DNA from: Arcobacteraceae bacterium
GTDB lineage: Bacteria; Campylobacterota; Campylobacteria; Campylobacterales; Arcobacteraceae
NCBI GenBank assembly: GCA_048268245.1
Contig: JBLWVX010000010.1
Span: 9,961 to 73,960 of the forward strand
DNA length: 64,000 bases
Direction of reading: 5' to 3'
Position 1 is the stretch's first letter; every line of letters begins with the position of its first letter. The translations under genes and the position numbers were made by a program. Under the pieces are notes generated by a model. The model did no database searches. It worked only from the letters and a program-made list of their open reading frames with translations, and was not told the origin of the DNA. This document shows positions 40,040 through 51,213 of the stretch, in pieces.

Positions 40040-41540
40040 CGTTTATTACCTCATTTTCCAACATAATATTCTTTAATCTTTCAACATTTGCAGAATTATG
40101 CGATAAATCAGCTCTTAATTCATTTTTTATATTAGTAATTAACTCTTCAATTGAACCAGTCATTTTGTACTTTTCTACAATATCTTTTGCAGTAGCATAA
40201 GCACTTTCTAAATCTTTGTGATTTATAGCATACTTCTCTTTTTTTATAACTTCAACACCAATGATTCCAGCTAAGTCTCTTTTTATATTTTGGCATAGCT
40301 CATGATATGAAGGATAAGTAGATTCTAGTTTTTCAACATTTTCATCAAATAAAGCAACTTTTGATTTAGAAATAAAGGCTTTTGATGCCTGATAAATAGA
40401 TAAAATCTCTTTTTGTTTATCATCAAGGATTTTAATCTGTTTTTTTCCAAACTCTAGTTTGTTTTTAGCAACTTCAATATCATCCATATCTAAAACTTTT
40501 GATTCTCGTTTTATCATACATAATAAAGCTTCATTAATAAGTGTTGCAAGTGATGCTGAACTAAACCCTGAAGTATCATTTGCTAATTTTTCGATATTAA
40601 CTTCATGATTTTTTTCTTTTAAATACAGCTCTAAAATTCTTTTTCTATCTTCAATATTTGGAAGTCCAACATGAACACGTCTATCAAACCTTCCAGCTCT
40701 TAAAAGTGCATCATCTAAAACTTCAATTTTATTTGTTGCAGCTATTACAATAACTCCACTATCACCTTCAAATCCATCCATTTGAGTTAATAGCTCATTT
40801 AAAGTAGCTTCTCTTTCATCATTTGATTTTCCACTTCTTGCTTTCCCTACTGCATCTATTTCATCAATAAAAACAATAGCAGGTGCACTAAGCTTTGCTT
40901 TTGCAAAAAGTTCTCTAACTTTTTTTGCACCCATTCCAACATAAATCTGAACAAAAGAAGCTCCACTTTGATAGAAGAAAGGTACATCAGCTTCTCCTGC
41001 AACTGCTCTTGCTATAAGTGTTTTACCAACACCAGGAGGTCCAACTAATAAAACACCTTTTGGTAATTTAATTCCATATTTTAAATACTTTTTAGGTTCA
41101 TTTAAAAAATCTACTACTTCTTCAAGTTCTTCTTTTATTTCAGAAATTCCTGCGATATCTTTAAAAGTTACATTTGAACTAACTGCTTGAATATCTGAAT
41201 TTATAATTTCATTTGAGACTTGTGCTCTTGACTTTACTAACTCTTCATTAAAAGCACTATTTTTAATAGACTTGTTACCTCTTTTATTTTGAATATAGTC
41301 TCGAATCTTTTCTTGATTAAATTTAAGTACAAAAGCAAAACCTAAAAGTACGAATAAGAAACCTATTCCTAAATAATAAGAACTATTTTGTATGTGAGCA
41401 CTACTTTTGTAGATTGTATATAAAAAAAGTATCAGAAGAACGATGGCAGAAATTGCCATCAACTTAAAGTTTTTATCTAAATTTTTATCTGTCTTATTTG
41501 AATTTTGCGACATTTTTATCAGCCTTTGCTTCATAGTCAT
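40026..41540 (-). CDS. FtsH-like membrane AAA+ ATPase lacking the HExxH protease motif
   Basis: Two TM helices, GPPGVGKT, FIDEID, ALLRAGRFDR; IYQASKA occupies the HExxH position. Confidence 0.88.
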   Translation of the reverse strand: MTMKQRLIKMSQNSNKTDKNLDKNFKLMAISAIVLLILFLYTIYKSSAHIQNSSYYLGIGFLFVLLGFAFVLKFNQEKIRDYIQNKRGNKSIKNSAFNEELVKSRAQVSNEIINSDIQAVSSNVTFKDIAGISEIKEELEEVVDFLNEPKKYLKYGIKLPKGVLLVGPPGVGKTLIARAVAGEADVPFFYQSGASFVQIYVGMGAKKVRELFAKAKLSAPAIVFIDEIDAVGKARSGKSNDEREATLNELLTQMDGFEGDSGVIVIAATNKIEVLDDALLRAGRFDRRVHVGLPNIEDRKRILELYLKEKNHEVNIEKLANDTSGFSSASLATLINEALLCMIKRESKVLDMDDIEVAKNKLEFGKKQIKILDDKQKEILSIYQASKAFISKSKVALFDENVEKLESTYPSYHELCQNIKRDLAGIIGVEVIKKEKYAINHKDLESAYATAKDIVEKYKMTGSIEELITNIKNELRADLSHNSANVERLKNIMLENEVINVEDI

Positions 41541-42762
41541 CTATGAAAATCCAATCTCCTACAATATCAACAGGAGATTCAACTTCTATTTGATTGAAGA
41601 ATTGATCAAGCCCAATATATTTCCCATTTTTCTCTTGCTCTATTAAAACTTCAAGTCTTTGCTTGTTATTTTGTCTAAAATCAAGATTTTTTTGTTCAAT
41701 AATTCTTGTCAATTCGTTATAACGTATTTTAGCAACGTCACCTCTAATTTCAGGTTTCATAGTTGCACTTGGTGTTCCATCTCTTTTTGAGTAGGTAAAT
41801 GCATGAACATGTGTAAGTGGAAATTTATGAAGATTTTCCATAGCCTCTTTCCATAACTCGTCAGTTTCACCTGGATGACCTACGATAAAGTCCGTTCCTA
41901 ATGCATATCCATTATCTTTTAAAAACTCAAAAAGTTCTAGGTCAGATAATACTTTATTTCTTCTGTTCATTATCTTTAACATATCTTTTGATGTATGCTG
42001 CAGTGCAATATGAAGATGTTTTGCCATAAATGGCTCATTGATAATTTCTTTAAATTCATCATCAATTTGAATAGGTTCAATACTTCCCATTCTAATTCTT
42101 CTAACACCTTTGATTTGTGACATTTTCTTTAAAAGTTTTGCTAATGAAGTATGTTGTTTTTTACCATATGAACCTACATTTGTTCCAGTTAAAATAAACT
42201 CTCCAAAACCATTTGCAGCTAAAGTAGTTACTTGTTCTAAGATTTTATCTTCTCTATAAGACCTAGCATCACCTCTTACATAAGGAATAATACAATAAGA
42301 ACATCTAAAATCACAACCCTCTTGTATTTTAATAAAGGCTCTACTTTTACCAACAAACTCTTCAACAATAGTTTCATCAATATGTTCTAAATCACCTGCT
42401 TGAAAAAATCTTTCTTCTTGTTTTAAAAGTTCATTAATATTCTCTTTTTCAGAGTGTCCAAATAATGAGTCAACTTTTTGCTCTTTAAATAAGCTCTCAC
42501 CTTTTGTCCATACTCCACAACCTGTAAATACAACTCTTGGATCTTTTGGAAGTTTTTTTAAAGAGTTAATATAGCCTCGTGCAGTTGAGTCAGCACCATT
42601 TGTAACAGTACAAGAGTTGATTACAACTACATCTGCTTCATTCTCTTTTTGTGTAATTTCAAAATCTTTTAAATTACTCATCATAACTTGAGTATCAAAT
42701 ACATTTGTTCTACAACCAAAAGTTTTAAAATATACCTTTGGTTTATCACTTGAAAAATTCAT
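41494..42762 (-). CDS. mtaB: tRNA t6A37 methylthiotransferase
   Basis: TFGCRTN, NSCTVT, TGC, QEGCDFRCSYC radical SAM motif. Confidence 0.92.
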   Translation of the reverse strand: MNFSSDKPKVYFKTFGCRTNVFDTQVMMSNLKDFEITQKENEADVVVINSCTVTNGADSTARGYINSLKKLPKDPRVVFTGCGVWTKGESLFKEQKVDSLFGHSEKENINELLKQEERFFQAGDLEHIDETIVEEFVGKSRAFIKIQEGCDFRCSYCIIPYVRGDARSYREDKILEQVTTLAANGFGEFILTGTNVGSYGKKQHTSLAKLLKKMSQIKGVRRIRMGSIEPIQIDDEFKEIINEPFMAKHLHIALQHTSKDMLKIMNRRNKVLSDLELFEFLKDNGYALGTDFIVGHPGETDELWKEAMENLHKFPLTHVHAFTYSKRDGTPSATMKPEIRGDVAKIRYNELTRIIEQKNLDFRQNNKQRLEVLIEQEKNGKYIGLDQFFNQIEVESPVDIVGDWIFIDDYEAKADKNVAKFK

Positions 42763-42780
42763 TAAATATTTGTCCTTAAT

Positions 42781-44538
42781 TTATCTTTTAATAATTGCAT
42801 CTTCTAATTCACTTGGTACATTTCTTTTATGTACAGAAACCCCATATGCATTATCTGTTTTATTAATATTAATTTGTTGAGTTGGGTATGCAATATGAAT
42901 ATCATCTTCTTTCATAAATGCACTAATAATCTCAGGAGACATAGTACTTCTTAGCTGTAATGCAGCATAAGAGTTTGTTAAATACCATCCTGAAATTACC
43001 ATACCATGCTCTTCTGCAAAAGTAAATACTCTAGGTTCTACTCCTGTAGCTCTTAGCTGATATTTACTTCTCATTTTAGATAACTGTTTTCTTGTAATAT
43101 CAGTATATCCTTTTGAATAGTGTTTTAAAATATCTTTTACAATTCTTTGTGCTTTTTTATGGTTTGAATCAAAAGTAATAGTAATATCAATACCATCCCA
43201 AACTGTTCTAAGTCCTGCATGTGTATAGTTTGCAATCATTTCAGAAAATACGTAGTTATTTGGAATGAAGAAAATTCTACCAGTTCTTCTATTTACTGTA
43301 TATGATGTATAAGTAATATCTTCTCTAATTGTAATTTTAAATAGCGAAATATCAAGAACATCACCTACTACTTCTAAACCATTTCTTGTAACTTTTATTC
43401 TATCTCCAACTTGAATAGAACCTGATGTTACAATAACCATCCATCCAAAAATAGACATAAACCAATCTTTAAGTGCAATAGCAATACCAGCAGAAGCGAA
43501 ACCTAAGATTGTTACTACATAAGAAACATTATCTATATATGAGAAAAGTATTACCATAATTACTAAAAATACAACCGTAAAGTTGATTACTTTATTTGTC
43601 ATATAGTAACTCTCATTTTGAGAGAAGTACTTTTTAAGTGTAAGTTTTACTAAAAATGTAATCACCCATAAAAGAACAATAATTGCTAATATGATTATGA
43701 TTTTCTGAACTTGTTGAGATATTTGATCTTTTATCTCTAAAATAACTTGTTCAATTTTTCTTGTATATACAATTTGTGTTGTAGATACAATTTCTAAAAC
43801 CATATTAAAATCTTTTTTTTGTTTATCTAAAAAAGTAATCTTATCTTTGTAAATACTCTTTTGGTCTAAATTAAATAACTCTAGATATAAAACAAGCTCC
43901 CTATCAAGTTTTAAAGTTAAATTCTCAATATCTTTTTCTAAATTTTGGAATTGTTTTTTATTATCTTCAAGTCTTTTAATATGAGATAAAGCATTTATAA
44001 TTCCAAAAGGATTAGTAATTTCTTGATATTCTTCAATTTCTGGAGGATTAATAAGTCCACCAATAGGTGAACCTTTATACTCTTTAATAAGTTCTAATTC
44101 GTTTTCTTTTACTTTTATCTTATTATGTAATTGATATAGTTTTTCTTCGTTTTGAATTTTTTTCTTGTATGCTAAATCTTTTTTAAAGTTTGCAAGTTCA
44201 GTTGAAATCTTACTATAAGAAATATAGTTTGAATATCTTTTTAATAAAATATTATCTTTTAATTCTAAATCAATCTTTCTAACATTCTCTAATAAAACAT
44301 TTATTTTAGCAAGATTTTGCATATCAATTTCTCTTGCTTTTTTCTCAGCTAATTCTCTTGCTTTTTTTGCTTCAAGCTCTTTTTGCGCAGCATCAAACTT
44401 TTGTTTTATCATCTTTTGTTCTATTTCATCAACAACTGCTTTATCTTCTGGTGCAATTACATCACCTGAAGTTACATTCTCTTGTGCAAATGAAATAGAA
44501 AAAATTAATAAAGCAGATAATACTATTTTTTTAATCAA
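42781..44538 (-). CDS. MscS-family mechanosensitive channel
   Basis: GFASAGIAIALKD, GDRI, FIPN; large periplasmic N-terminus. Confidence 0.9.
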   Translation of the reverse strand: MIKKIVLSALLIFSISFAQENVTSGDVIAPEDKAVVDEIEQKMIKQKFDAAQKELEAKKARELAEKKAREIDMQNLAKINVLLENVRKIDLELKDNILLKRYSNYISYSKISTELANFKKDLAYKKKIQNEEKLYQLHNKIKVKENELELIKEYKGSPIGGLINPPEIEEYQEITNPFGIINALSHIKRLEDNKKQFQNLEKDIENLTLKLDRELVLYLELFNLDQKSIYKDKITFLDKQKKDFNMVLEIVSTTQIVYTRKIEQVILEIKDQISQQVQKIIIILAIIVLLWVITFLVKLTLKKYFSQNESYYMTNKVINFTVVFLVIMVILFSYIDNVSYVVTILGFASAGIAIALKDWFMSIFGWMVIVTSGSIQVGDRIKVTRNGLEVVGDVLDISLFKITIREDITYTSYTVNRRTGRIFFIPNNYVFSEMIANYTHAGLRTVWDGIDITITFDSNHKKAQRIVKDILKHYSKGYTDITRKQLSKMRSKYQLRATGVEPRVFTFAEEHGMVISGWYLTNSYAALQLRSTMSPEIISAFMKEDDIHIAYPTQQININKTDNAYGVSVHKRNVPSELEDAIIKR

Positions 44539-44539
44539 T

Positions 44540-45574
44540 TTAGAATTCCTTTAAAACCTCAATAACGTCAGCTTTACTTACTTCATCAGTAATAATACAA
44601 TCACCTAAACCTTTAGGTAATATAAACTTGATTTTATTATCTAGTGATTTTTTATCTAAGAAAAAGTGCTCATAGAAATCTTCCACATCTTTTATAGTAT
44701 ATGAAGTTGGTATTTCATACTTTTCAAGAAGTGTTTTTACTCTTTGTGCTTCTTCTTCATTCATAAGTCCAACTTTTACAGCTAATTTATTTGCCATAAC
44801 CATTCCAATACCAACAGCTTCACCATGTAAATATGTATCATAATTTGTTTCATTTTCAATTACATGCCCAAAAGTATGTCCATAATTTAAAGCAGCTCTA
44901 ATTCCATGCTCTTTTTCATCTTTTGATACTACATCTGCTTTTGTTTCAACAGATTTTGCAATAGCAATTTTTATATTCTCATCATTTGTTAAATCATTTT
45001 GCTCTAACCACTCAAAGAAATCTTTGTTAAAAGTAACTGCCATTTTAACTATTTCAGCTACTCCTGCACCAAATTCTCTTTTTGGTAAAGTCTTTAACAT
45101 ACTTGGATCAATTAAAACAGCTTTTGGTTGATGAAAAGCTCCAATTAAATTTTTTCCATATTTGTTATTTATACCTGTTTTACCACCAACACTTGCATCA
45201 ACTTGAGAAAGAAGTGTTGTAGGAATTTGAACAAAATTAATTCCTCTTTGATAAATAGAAGCTGCAAAACCAGTCATATCACCTATTACTCCACCACCAA
45301 AAGCAACAAGTAGTGATTTTCTGTCAAGTCTATGTTCAAAACAATGATTTAAAATCATATCAATTGTACTCATATTTTTATACTCTTCCCCATCAGGAAT
45401 AGTTACAACACTTAGCTCTTTTGCACTTAAATATTGTTTTAAGTACTCAAGATGAAAACCACTAACAGTTGGGTTAGTTACCACAACTACTTTTGTATCA
45501 AAATGTATGTCGTTTAATTTATCAATCGTAATATCGTAAGATGTGTTATTTGGTAAAGTAATATTTACTATCAT
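44540..45574 (-). CDS. aroB: 3-dehydroquinate synthase
   Basis: GGGVIGD, PTTLLSQVDASVGGKTG, LNYGHTFGH, HGEAV. Confidence 0.96.
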   Translation of the reverse strand: MIVNITLPNNTSYDITIDKLNDIHFDTKVVVVTNPTVSGFHLEYLKQYLSAKELSVVTIPDGEEYKNMSTIDMILNHCFEHRLDRKSLLVAFGGGVIGDMTGFAASIYQRGINFVQIPTTLLSQVDASVGGKTGINNKYGKNLIGAFHQPKAVLIDPSMLKTLPKREFGAGVAEIVKMAVTFNKDFFEWLEQNDLTNDENIKIAIAKSVETKADVVSKDEKEHGIRAALNYGHTFGHVIENETNYDTYLHGEAVGIGMVMANKLAVKVGLMNEEEAQRVKTLLEKYEIPTSYTIKDVEDFYEHFFLDKKSLDNKIKFILPKGLGDCIITDEVSKADVIEVLKEF

Positions 45575-45723
45575 ATAAAATCCATTTAGTCTAAATTTAT
45601 AAGATTTTATCCAAAAAAATCTAATTATCGGTTTAAAAAGTTCTATGAAATCGGGCTTTATTAAATGTATTTAAGATTCATTTGTTAGGGTAGATAAAAT
45701 AATTAATTTCAAAGGGGGAGAGT

Positions 45724-46977
45724 ATGAATATTGTTAATATTGGATTTTTTAGGGTATGAATAAAAACATGTCATTATTAACAATTTTTTTGATTTTAATA
45801 GCAGTTTTCTTAACAAGGTATTATCCAATTAAAAATGCAGATTTTTTTACACATATTAGAGAATATCTAAATCCTTTTTTAGAATGGTATTATGTACTTT
45901 TAGTTGCTTTTTTACTCTTTTTTATGCTTTGGCTTGGTATGAAGGTATAGAAATATAAAACTTTGAGAAGACTTAGAACAACCTGAATTTACTTTTTTTT
46001 CTTGGTTTTTTATTATTTTGCAGCAGGAACAGGTGTGGATATTCTTTTTTGATCAGTAGCACAAGCATTAATACAATTTCAAGAAAATCCTTTTACAGGT
46101 ACACAAATGACACCTGAAGCTGCAATTAAAGGTATAAGTGTGGCATATTTTCATTAAAGATTAAACAGATTAATGATTGATAATATTGTAGATGTCCTAG
46201 CAGTTATTGGTACAATTTTTGTTATTACAACAACTCTTGGGCTAAGTATTGAACAAATGAACACAAGATTAAAAGAACTATTAAAGATTAATACATCAAC
46301 AACATTACAAATTAGAGTTATTGTAGTTATACAGTTGATAGTAACAATGTCTGTACAATCAGGGCTTAACAAAGGTGTAAAACTACTTTCTGTTGGAAAC
46401 TTTTACTTAAGTATCATAGCTTTAGAATTTTTGCTTATTTTTAGGGATGGTGGATAGCTAGGTATTCATTTGTTGGTATGTTTATTGCAAGAATTTCTAG
46501 AGGAAGAATATTTGAAGAATTTGTAGCTGGTCTACTTTCAACACCTACTTTAATTACAATAATTTGGATTGGTTTATTTGGTGGTACTGCTCTTTATGAA
46601 GAGCTTTTTTGCTAAAAGATATTGTAACTGCTGCAAATAATGATGTATCAGGTTCAACAAATCCTCCATCACTTCATAGAGCATTATGGAAAGTTATTCT
46701 TACGCTATTAACTGGTGTACTTATAGTAGCAAGAAGTGTTAAAACACTCCAAGCAGCAGTAATTACAGCATTATTGCCTTTTTCAGTTATTATCATTATT
46801 ATGATTGCAGGACTTTTAAAAAGTCTAAGTTTAGAAAATACTGCTGTAAGATCAGGAAATGAAATTTTAAGTGCAAGAGAACTATGGATTATTGAAAAAG
46901 ATGTGGATGAAGAAACTACGATAATTAATGAACTAAACCCTAATATCAAAAAAATAGAAGAGCCTGAATATAAATAA
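45724..46977 (+). pseudogene. Decayed BCCT-family (betaine/choline/carnitine) transporter
   Basis: Fragments in several frames: PEFTFFSW, FAAGTG, GLNKGVKLLS, GWWIA..FVGMFIARISRGR, LQAAVITALLPF; multiple stops, frameshifts and missing segments. Confidence 0.88.
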
Positions 46978-46988
46978 GGCTTTTCTGT

Positions 46989-47123
46989 TTAAGATGGAAA
47001 TACAAAAAAAGTACTACCAATAATACTACCTGCTAAGAATAAACCTTGAAGCTTAAACTGAGACAAAATATCCATAGAACTTAAATCTGAACTATAAAAT
47101 GAATCATAGTAATCTATTTTCAT
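46989..47123 (-). CDS. Putative 44-aa small protein
   Basis: AAAAGGA RBS; MKIDYYDSFYSSDLSSMDILSQFKLQGLFLAGSIIGSTFFVFPS. Confidence 0.45.
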   Translation of the reverse strand: MKIDYYDSFYSSDLSSMDILSQFKLQGLFLAGSIIGSTFFVFPS

Positions 47124-47241
47124 TTTTAATCCTTTTAGTAATAAAATATTACTTTATTCTATAAAAGTAAGCTTAAATTAATATAAATATACTATGTTTA
47201 AAATGTTTTTTATGAAAAATTTGAAAAAATAATGTGGAATT

Positions 47242-47317
47242 TGGCGACCCCAGTGTGATTCGAACACACGTCTTCAGGAGGAAATCCTGACGTCCTTGGC
47301 CGCTAGACGACGGGGTC
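47242..47317 (-). tRNA. tRNA-Glu(TTC)-like gene with atypical anticodon loop
   Basis: GACCCCG-TC-GTCTAGCGGCCAAGGAC-G-TCAGG-ATTTCCT-CCTGA-AGAC-GTGTG-TTCGAAT-CACAC-TGGGGTC-G-CCA; TATAAT upstream at 47340-47335. Confidence 0.85.
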
Positions 47318-47391
47318 ATATTTTGAAGACTGCAATTATAATGTAAAATATATTGTATTTCTCTTAAAATATAAAGATTTATTACAATAGC

Positions 47392-47835
47392 TTATCTAAG
47401 TTTTAATTTTCTTCTTTTTGTAATCTTGTAAATAGAAGATGAAACCTTTTCACTAAAGCCATCTTTTTGATTTACTATAATATCACTATTCTCTAAAGCA
47501 AACTTTTCATCAAAACTATTTCCAGATAGATTAGCAGATGTAGAATATAATATTTTAAATCTTGATATAAAAGGATGAAATAATGAATCTTTATTTATAA
47601 CTCTAAATGATTTAAGATTTGGGTAAATATAAGTAGTTTTTGAAGCTCTTCTAACTTCTTTTCTAAACTTTTTAGGAACTCTAGTATTTTGGTTTAATGT
47701 CTTAAAAGAATCAACTGTATTTAGTATCTTTTTACTTCTAGGTCTTTGTTTTACATCTGAAAGCCTCTCATGTGAAGCACATGAGAAACCTACAGTTGTA
47801 TCAGTTTGTACTAAATAAACTAATGATGAGTTCAT
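47392..47835 (-). CDS. Sua5/YrdC (TsaC-like) family protein
   Basis: QTDTTVG, KQRP, STSANLSG. Confidence 0.85.
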   Translation of the reverse strand: MNSSLVYLVQTDTTVGFSCASHERLSDVKQRPRSKKILNTVDSFKTLNQNTRVPKKFRKEVRRASKTTYIYPNLKSFRVINKDSLFHPFISRFKILYSTSANLSGNSFDEKFALENSDIIVNQKDGFSEKVSSSIYKITKRRKLKLR

Positions 47836-50800
47836 TAGTCAGCTAAAAATTCCTGAATAGATTGTACATTTACACCATTTGAGCTCTTAAGAGCCTTCAT
47901 CGCTTCAATACAAGCTAAAGCAGTTGCAGCTGTTGTACCATAAGGAACATTCTCTTTTAATACTGCTCTTCTGATGTTTTTACCATCATCTTTTGATGAC
48001 TCTTTACCATCTGATGTATTAAATGCAAGTGCAATTTCACCATTTGTAATAGCATCAGTAATATTTGGTCTACCCTCAGAAATCTTAAGAACTTTCTCAC
48101 ACTCAATACCTGCATCAGTAATAGCTTTGTGAGTTCCACCAGTAGCAACTACTGAGAATCCCTCCTCTACTAAGCCTTTTGCTATTTGTGGAGCAAACTC
48201 TTTATCTAAATCACATAATGAAATAAACACTTTCCCTTCTGTTGGAAGTCCATTTTTAGCAGCACTTTGTGCTTTTGCATATGCCTCACCAAAGTTATCA
48301 GAAATACCCATAACTTCACCAGTTGACTTCATCTCAGGTGTTAAGATTGGATCTGAACCAGATAATTTGTTGAATGGGAATACAGCTTCTTTAACTGCAA
48401 TATGTCCTTTTAATTTTGGTTTTAATACACCATTATCTTCATGAACAATATCTTTATCATATACAGCAAGTGCATCTCTTAAACTCTCACCCCACATAAC
48501 TCTAGTAGCAATCTTAGCTAAAGGCATACCAGTAGCTTTTGATACAAATGGAACAGTTCTTGATGCTCTTGGGTTTACTTCGATTAAGTAAATTTGACCT
48601 TTATGAATTGCATATTGAGTATTCATAAGACCAACTACACCAAGACCAAGTGCCATAGCTTTAGTTTTTTCTTCTAACTCTTTGATTAGCACTTCTGAAA
48701 TTGATACAGGAGGTAATGAACAAGCAGAGTCACCTGAGTGAACTCCAGCTTCTTCAATATGTTGCATAATCCCACCAATATAAACTTCTTTACCATCAGA
48801 AATACAATCAACATCAAGTTCAATTGCTCTATCTAAGAATTTATCAATTAATACAGGTGCATCATTTGATACAGATACTGCTTCATCCATATATTGTCTT
48901 AGTTCATCTGTAGAGTATACAATTCTCATACCTCTACCACCAAGTACAAATGAAGGTCTTACAAGTACTGGGTATCCAATTCTTTCAGCAATCTCTATTG
49001 CTTCATCAACTTTTACAGCTGTACCATTATCAGGTTGTAATAATCCTGCTTTTTCAACAAATGTAGAGAACTTTTCTCTATCTTCTGCTAAATCAATAAC
49101 TTCTGCAGTAGTACCAATAATCTTTCCACCAACATCATGAATAGCATTTGCTAATTTAAGTGGAGTTTGTCCACCAAAGTGAACAATAATACCATCTGGT
49201 TTTTCTTGTTCAATTACAGCTCTTACGTGTTCAAAGTCAATTGGCTCAAAGTATAATACATCAGACGTATCATAATCAGTTGATACTGTTTCTGGATTAC
49301 AGTTATACATGATTGTTTTGATACCCATTTCATTTAAAGCAAATGATGCGTGTACACAACAATAGTCAAACTCAATACCTTGACCGATTCTGTTAGGACC
49401 ACCACCAATAATTAATACTTTTTTAGTATCATCTTGTTTTTCAACTTTTGGTATTTTTGTAATATTCGTTGAAGAGTAAAGATATGGTGTAAGTGCTTTA
49501 AATTCAGCAGCACAAGTATCAACTTCATTGTATTCAAAATCAACATCTAAAGCTTTTCTTGCAGAATATACTTCTTCTTCAGTTTTTCCAATAAGTAAAC
49601 CAATCATAGCATCAGAGAATCCATTTGTTTTTGCTTCTCTCATAGCTTCTTCATTTGTAAGAATAGCATCACTCATTGAAGTTTCAATGTTATAGATTTC
49701 TCTAAATTTAGATAAGAACCATGGGTCGATGTTACATAATTCAAATAGTTCTTCATTTGTAAGACCTTTTCTATAACCGTCCATTAAGTATCTTAATCTA
49801 TCTGCATTTGGTCTTCTGATTTCAGCTTTGATTTTTTCTAAATCATCACAAATTGGATCAAATCCAACTAGACCTGTTTCCATAGAACATAATGCTTTTT
49901 GGATAGACTCATTAAATGTTCTACCTATAGCCATAACCTCACCTACTGATTTCATACCTGTTGTAAGTGTAGAGTTTGCTTTAGGGAATTTTTCAAAAGT
50001 AAATCTTGGAATCTTTGTAACAACATAATCAATTACAGGCTCAAATGATGCAGCAGTTCCCGTAATATCATTTGTAATTTCATCTAAAGTAAATCCAACA
50101 GCAAGAAGTGTTGCTACTTTAGCAATAGGATAACCAGTTGCTTTAGATGCAAGAGCAGAAGATCTAGAAACTCTTGGGTTCATTTCAATTACAATCATTC
50201 TTCCTGTGTTTGGACAAATAGAGAACTGTACGTTTGATCCACCAGTATCAACACCAATCTCTCTTAAGATTGCAAAAGAAGCATTTCTCATGTCTTGGTA
50301 TTCTTTATCTGTAAGAGTAAGTGCAGGAGCTATAGTAGTAGAGTCACCTGTGTGAACACCCATAGGGTCTAAGTTTTCAATAGAACATACAATAATACAG
50401 TTATCTTTTTTGTCTCTGATAACTTCCATCTCGTATTCTTTCCAACCAAGCATAGATTCCATTATCTCAATTTCATTGATTGGAGAAGCTTCAATACCCT
50501 CTTCAGCAAGTTTTTTAAATTCGTCCATATTATAAGCAACACCTGAACCACCACCGGCTAGTGTAAATGAAGCTCTTGAAATAACTGGGAAACCAATCTC
50601 TTTTGCTTTTGTAATTGCTTCATCAACAGAATAAGCATTTGCAGATTTTGGTAAATCCATACCAATTTTAATCATAGCTTCGTTGAAAAGATGTCTATCT
50701 TCACCTTTTTTAATTGCATCAGGATGAGCTCCAAGGAATTGTACTCCATCAAGCATACCTTTTTCATACATAGTAGTTGCAACATTAAGTGCAGTTTGTC

Positions 50801-51074
50801 CACCCATAGTAGGTAAAATAGCATCAATGTTCTCTTTTTCTATGATTTTAGCAACAACCTCTTCAGTAATAGGTTCAATATAAGTTTTATCAGCAAATTC
50901 TGGATCAGTCATGATCGTAGCTGGATTTGAATTAATTAAAACAACTCTGTATCCTAGTTCTTTTAGCGTTTTAGTAGCTTGTGTACCTGAGTAGTCAAAC
51001 TCACACGCTTGTCCAATTACGATTGGTCCAGAACCAATAAGTAAAATAGATTTTATATCTTCTCTTTTTGGCAT
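47835..51074 (-). CDS. carB: Carbamoyl-phosphate synthase large subunit
   Basis: [25 protein letters not shown]; duplicated ATP-grasp; MGS domain. Confidence 0.98.
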   Translation of the reverse strand: MPKREDIKSILLIGSGPIVIGQACEFDYSGTQATKTLKELGYRVVLINSNPATIMTDPEFADKTYIEPITEEVVAKIIEKENIDAILPTMGGQTALNVATTMYEKGMLDGVQFLGAHPDAIKKGEDRHLFNEAMIKIGMDLPKSANAYSVDEAITKAKEIGFPVISRASFTLAGGGSGVAYNMDEFKKLAEEGIEASPINEIEIMESMLGWKEYEMEVIRDKKDNCIIVCSIENLDPMGVHTGDSTTIAPALTLTDKEYQDMRNASFAILREIGVDTGGSNVQFSICPNTGRMIVIEMNPRVSRSSALASKATGYPIAKVATLLAVGFTLDEITNDITGTAASFEPVIDYVVTKIPRFTFEKFPKANSTLTTGMKSVGEVMAIGRTFNESIQKALCSMETGLVGFDPICDDLEKIKAEIRRPNADRLRYLMDGYRKGLTNEELFELCNIDPWFLSKFREIYNIETSMSDAILTNEEAMREAKTNGFSDAMIGLLIGKTEEEVYSARKALDVDFEYNEVDTCAAEFKALTPYLYSSTNITKIPKVEKQDDTKKVLIIGGGPNRIGQGIEFDYCCVHASFALNEMGIKTIMYNCNPETVSTDYDTSDVLYFEPIDFEHVRAVIEQEKPDGIIVHFGGQTPLKLANAIHDVGGKIIGTTAEVIDLAEDREKFSTFVEKAGLLQPDNGTAVKVDEAIEIAERIGYPVLVRPSFVLGGRGMRIVYSTDELRQYMDEAVSVSNDAPVLIDKFLDRAIELDVDCISDGKEVYIGGIMQHIEEAGVHSGDSACSLPPVSISEVLIKELEEKTKAMALGLGVVGLMNTQYAIHKGQIYLIEVNPRASRTVPFVSKATGMPLAKIATRVMWGESLRDALAVYDKDIVHEDNGVLKPKLKGHIAVKEAVFPFNKLSGSDPILTPEMKSTGEVMGISDNFGEAYAKAQSAAKNGLPTEGKVFISLCDLDKEFAPQIAKGLVEEGFSVVATGGTHKAITDAGIECEKVLKISEGRPNITDAITNGEIALAFNTSDGKESSKDDGKNIRRAVLKENVPYGTTAATALACIEAMKALKSSNGVNVQSIQEFLAD

Positions 51075-51172
51075 AAAAAATTCCCCACATGTTTTTTTAT
51101 AAAATTTGGGAAGTATAGCTAAAAAGGACTTAAACTAGGGTTACACGAAATGTATAAGAGTTTTTTGTGAGA

Positions 51173-51206
51173 AAAAATAGCATTATATTTTCATAATGCT
51201 ATTTTT
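51173..51206 (-). terminator. Intrinsic terminator after the ThiF-family gene
   Basis: AAAATAGCATTAT-N6-ATAATGCTATTTT with T-tract on the minus strand. Confidence 0.6.
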
Positions 51207-51213
51207 ATATAGT

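Noticed and set aside
45600..47241. Integrative element at the tRNA 3' end
   Set aside because: No integrase and no duplicated tRNA 3' fragment seen.
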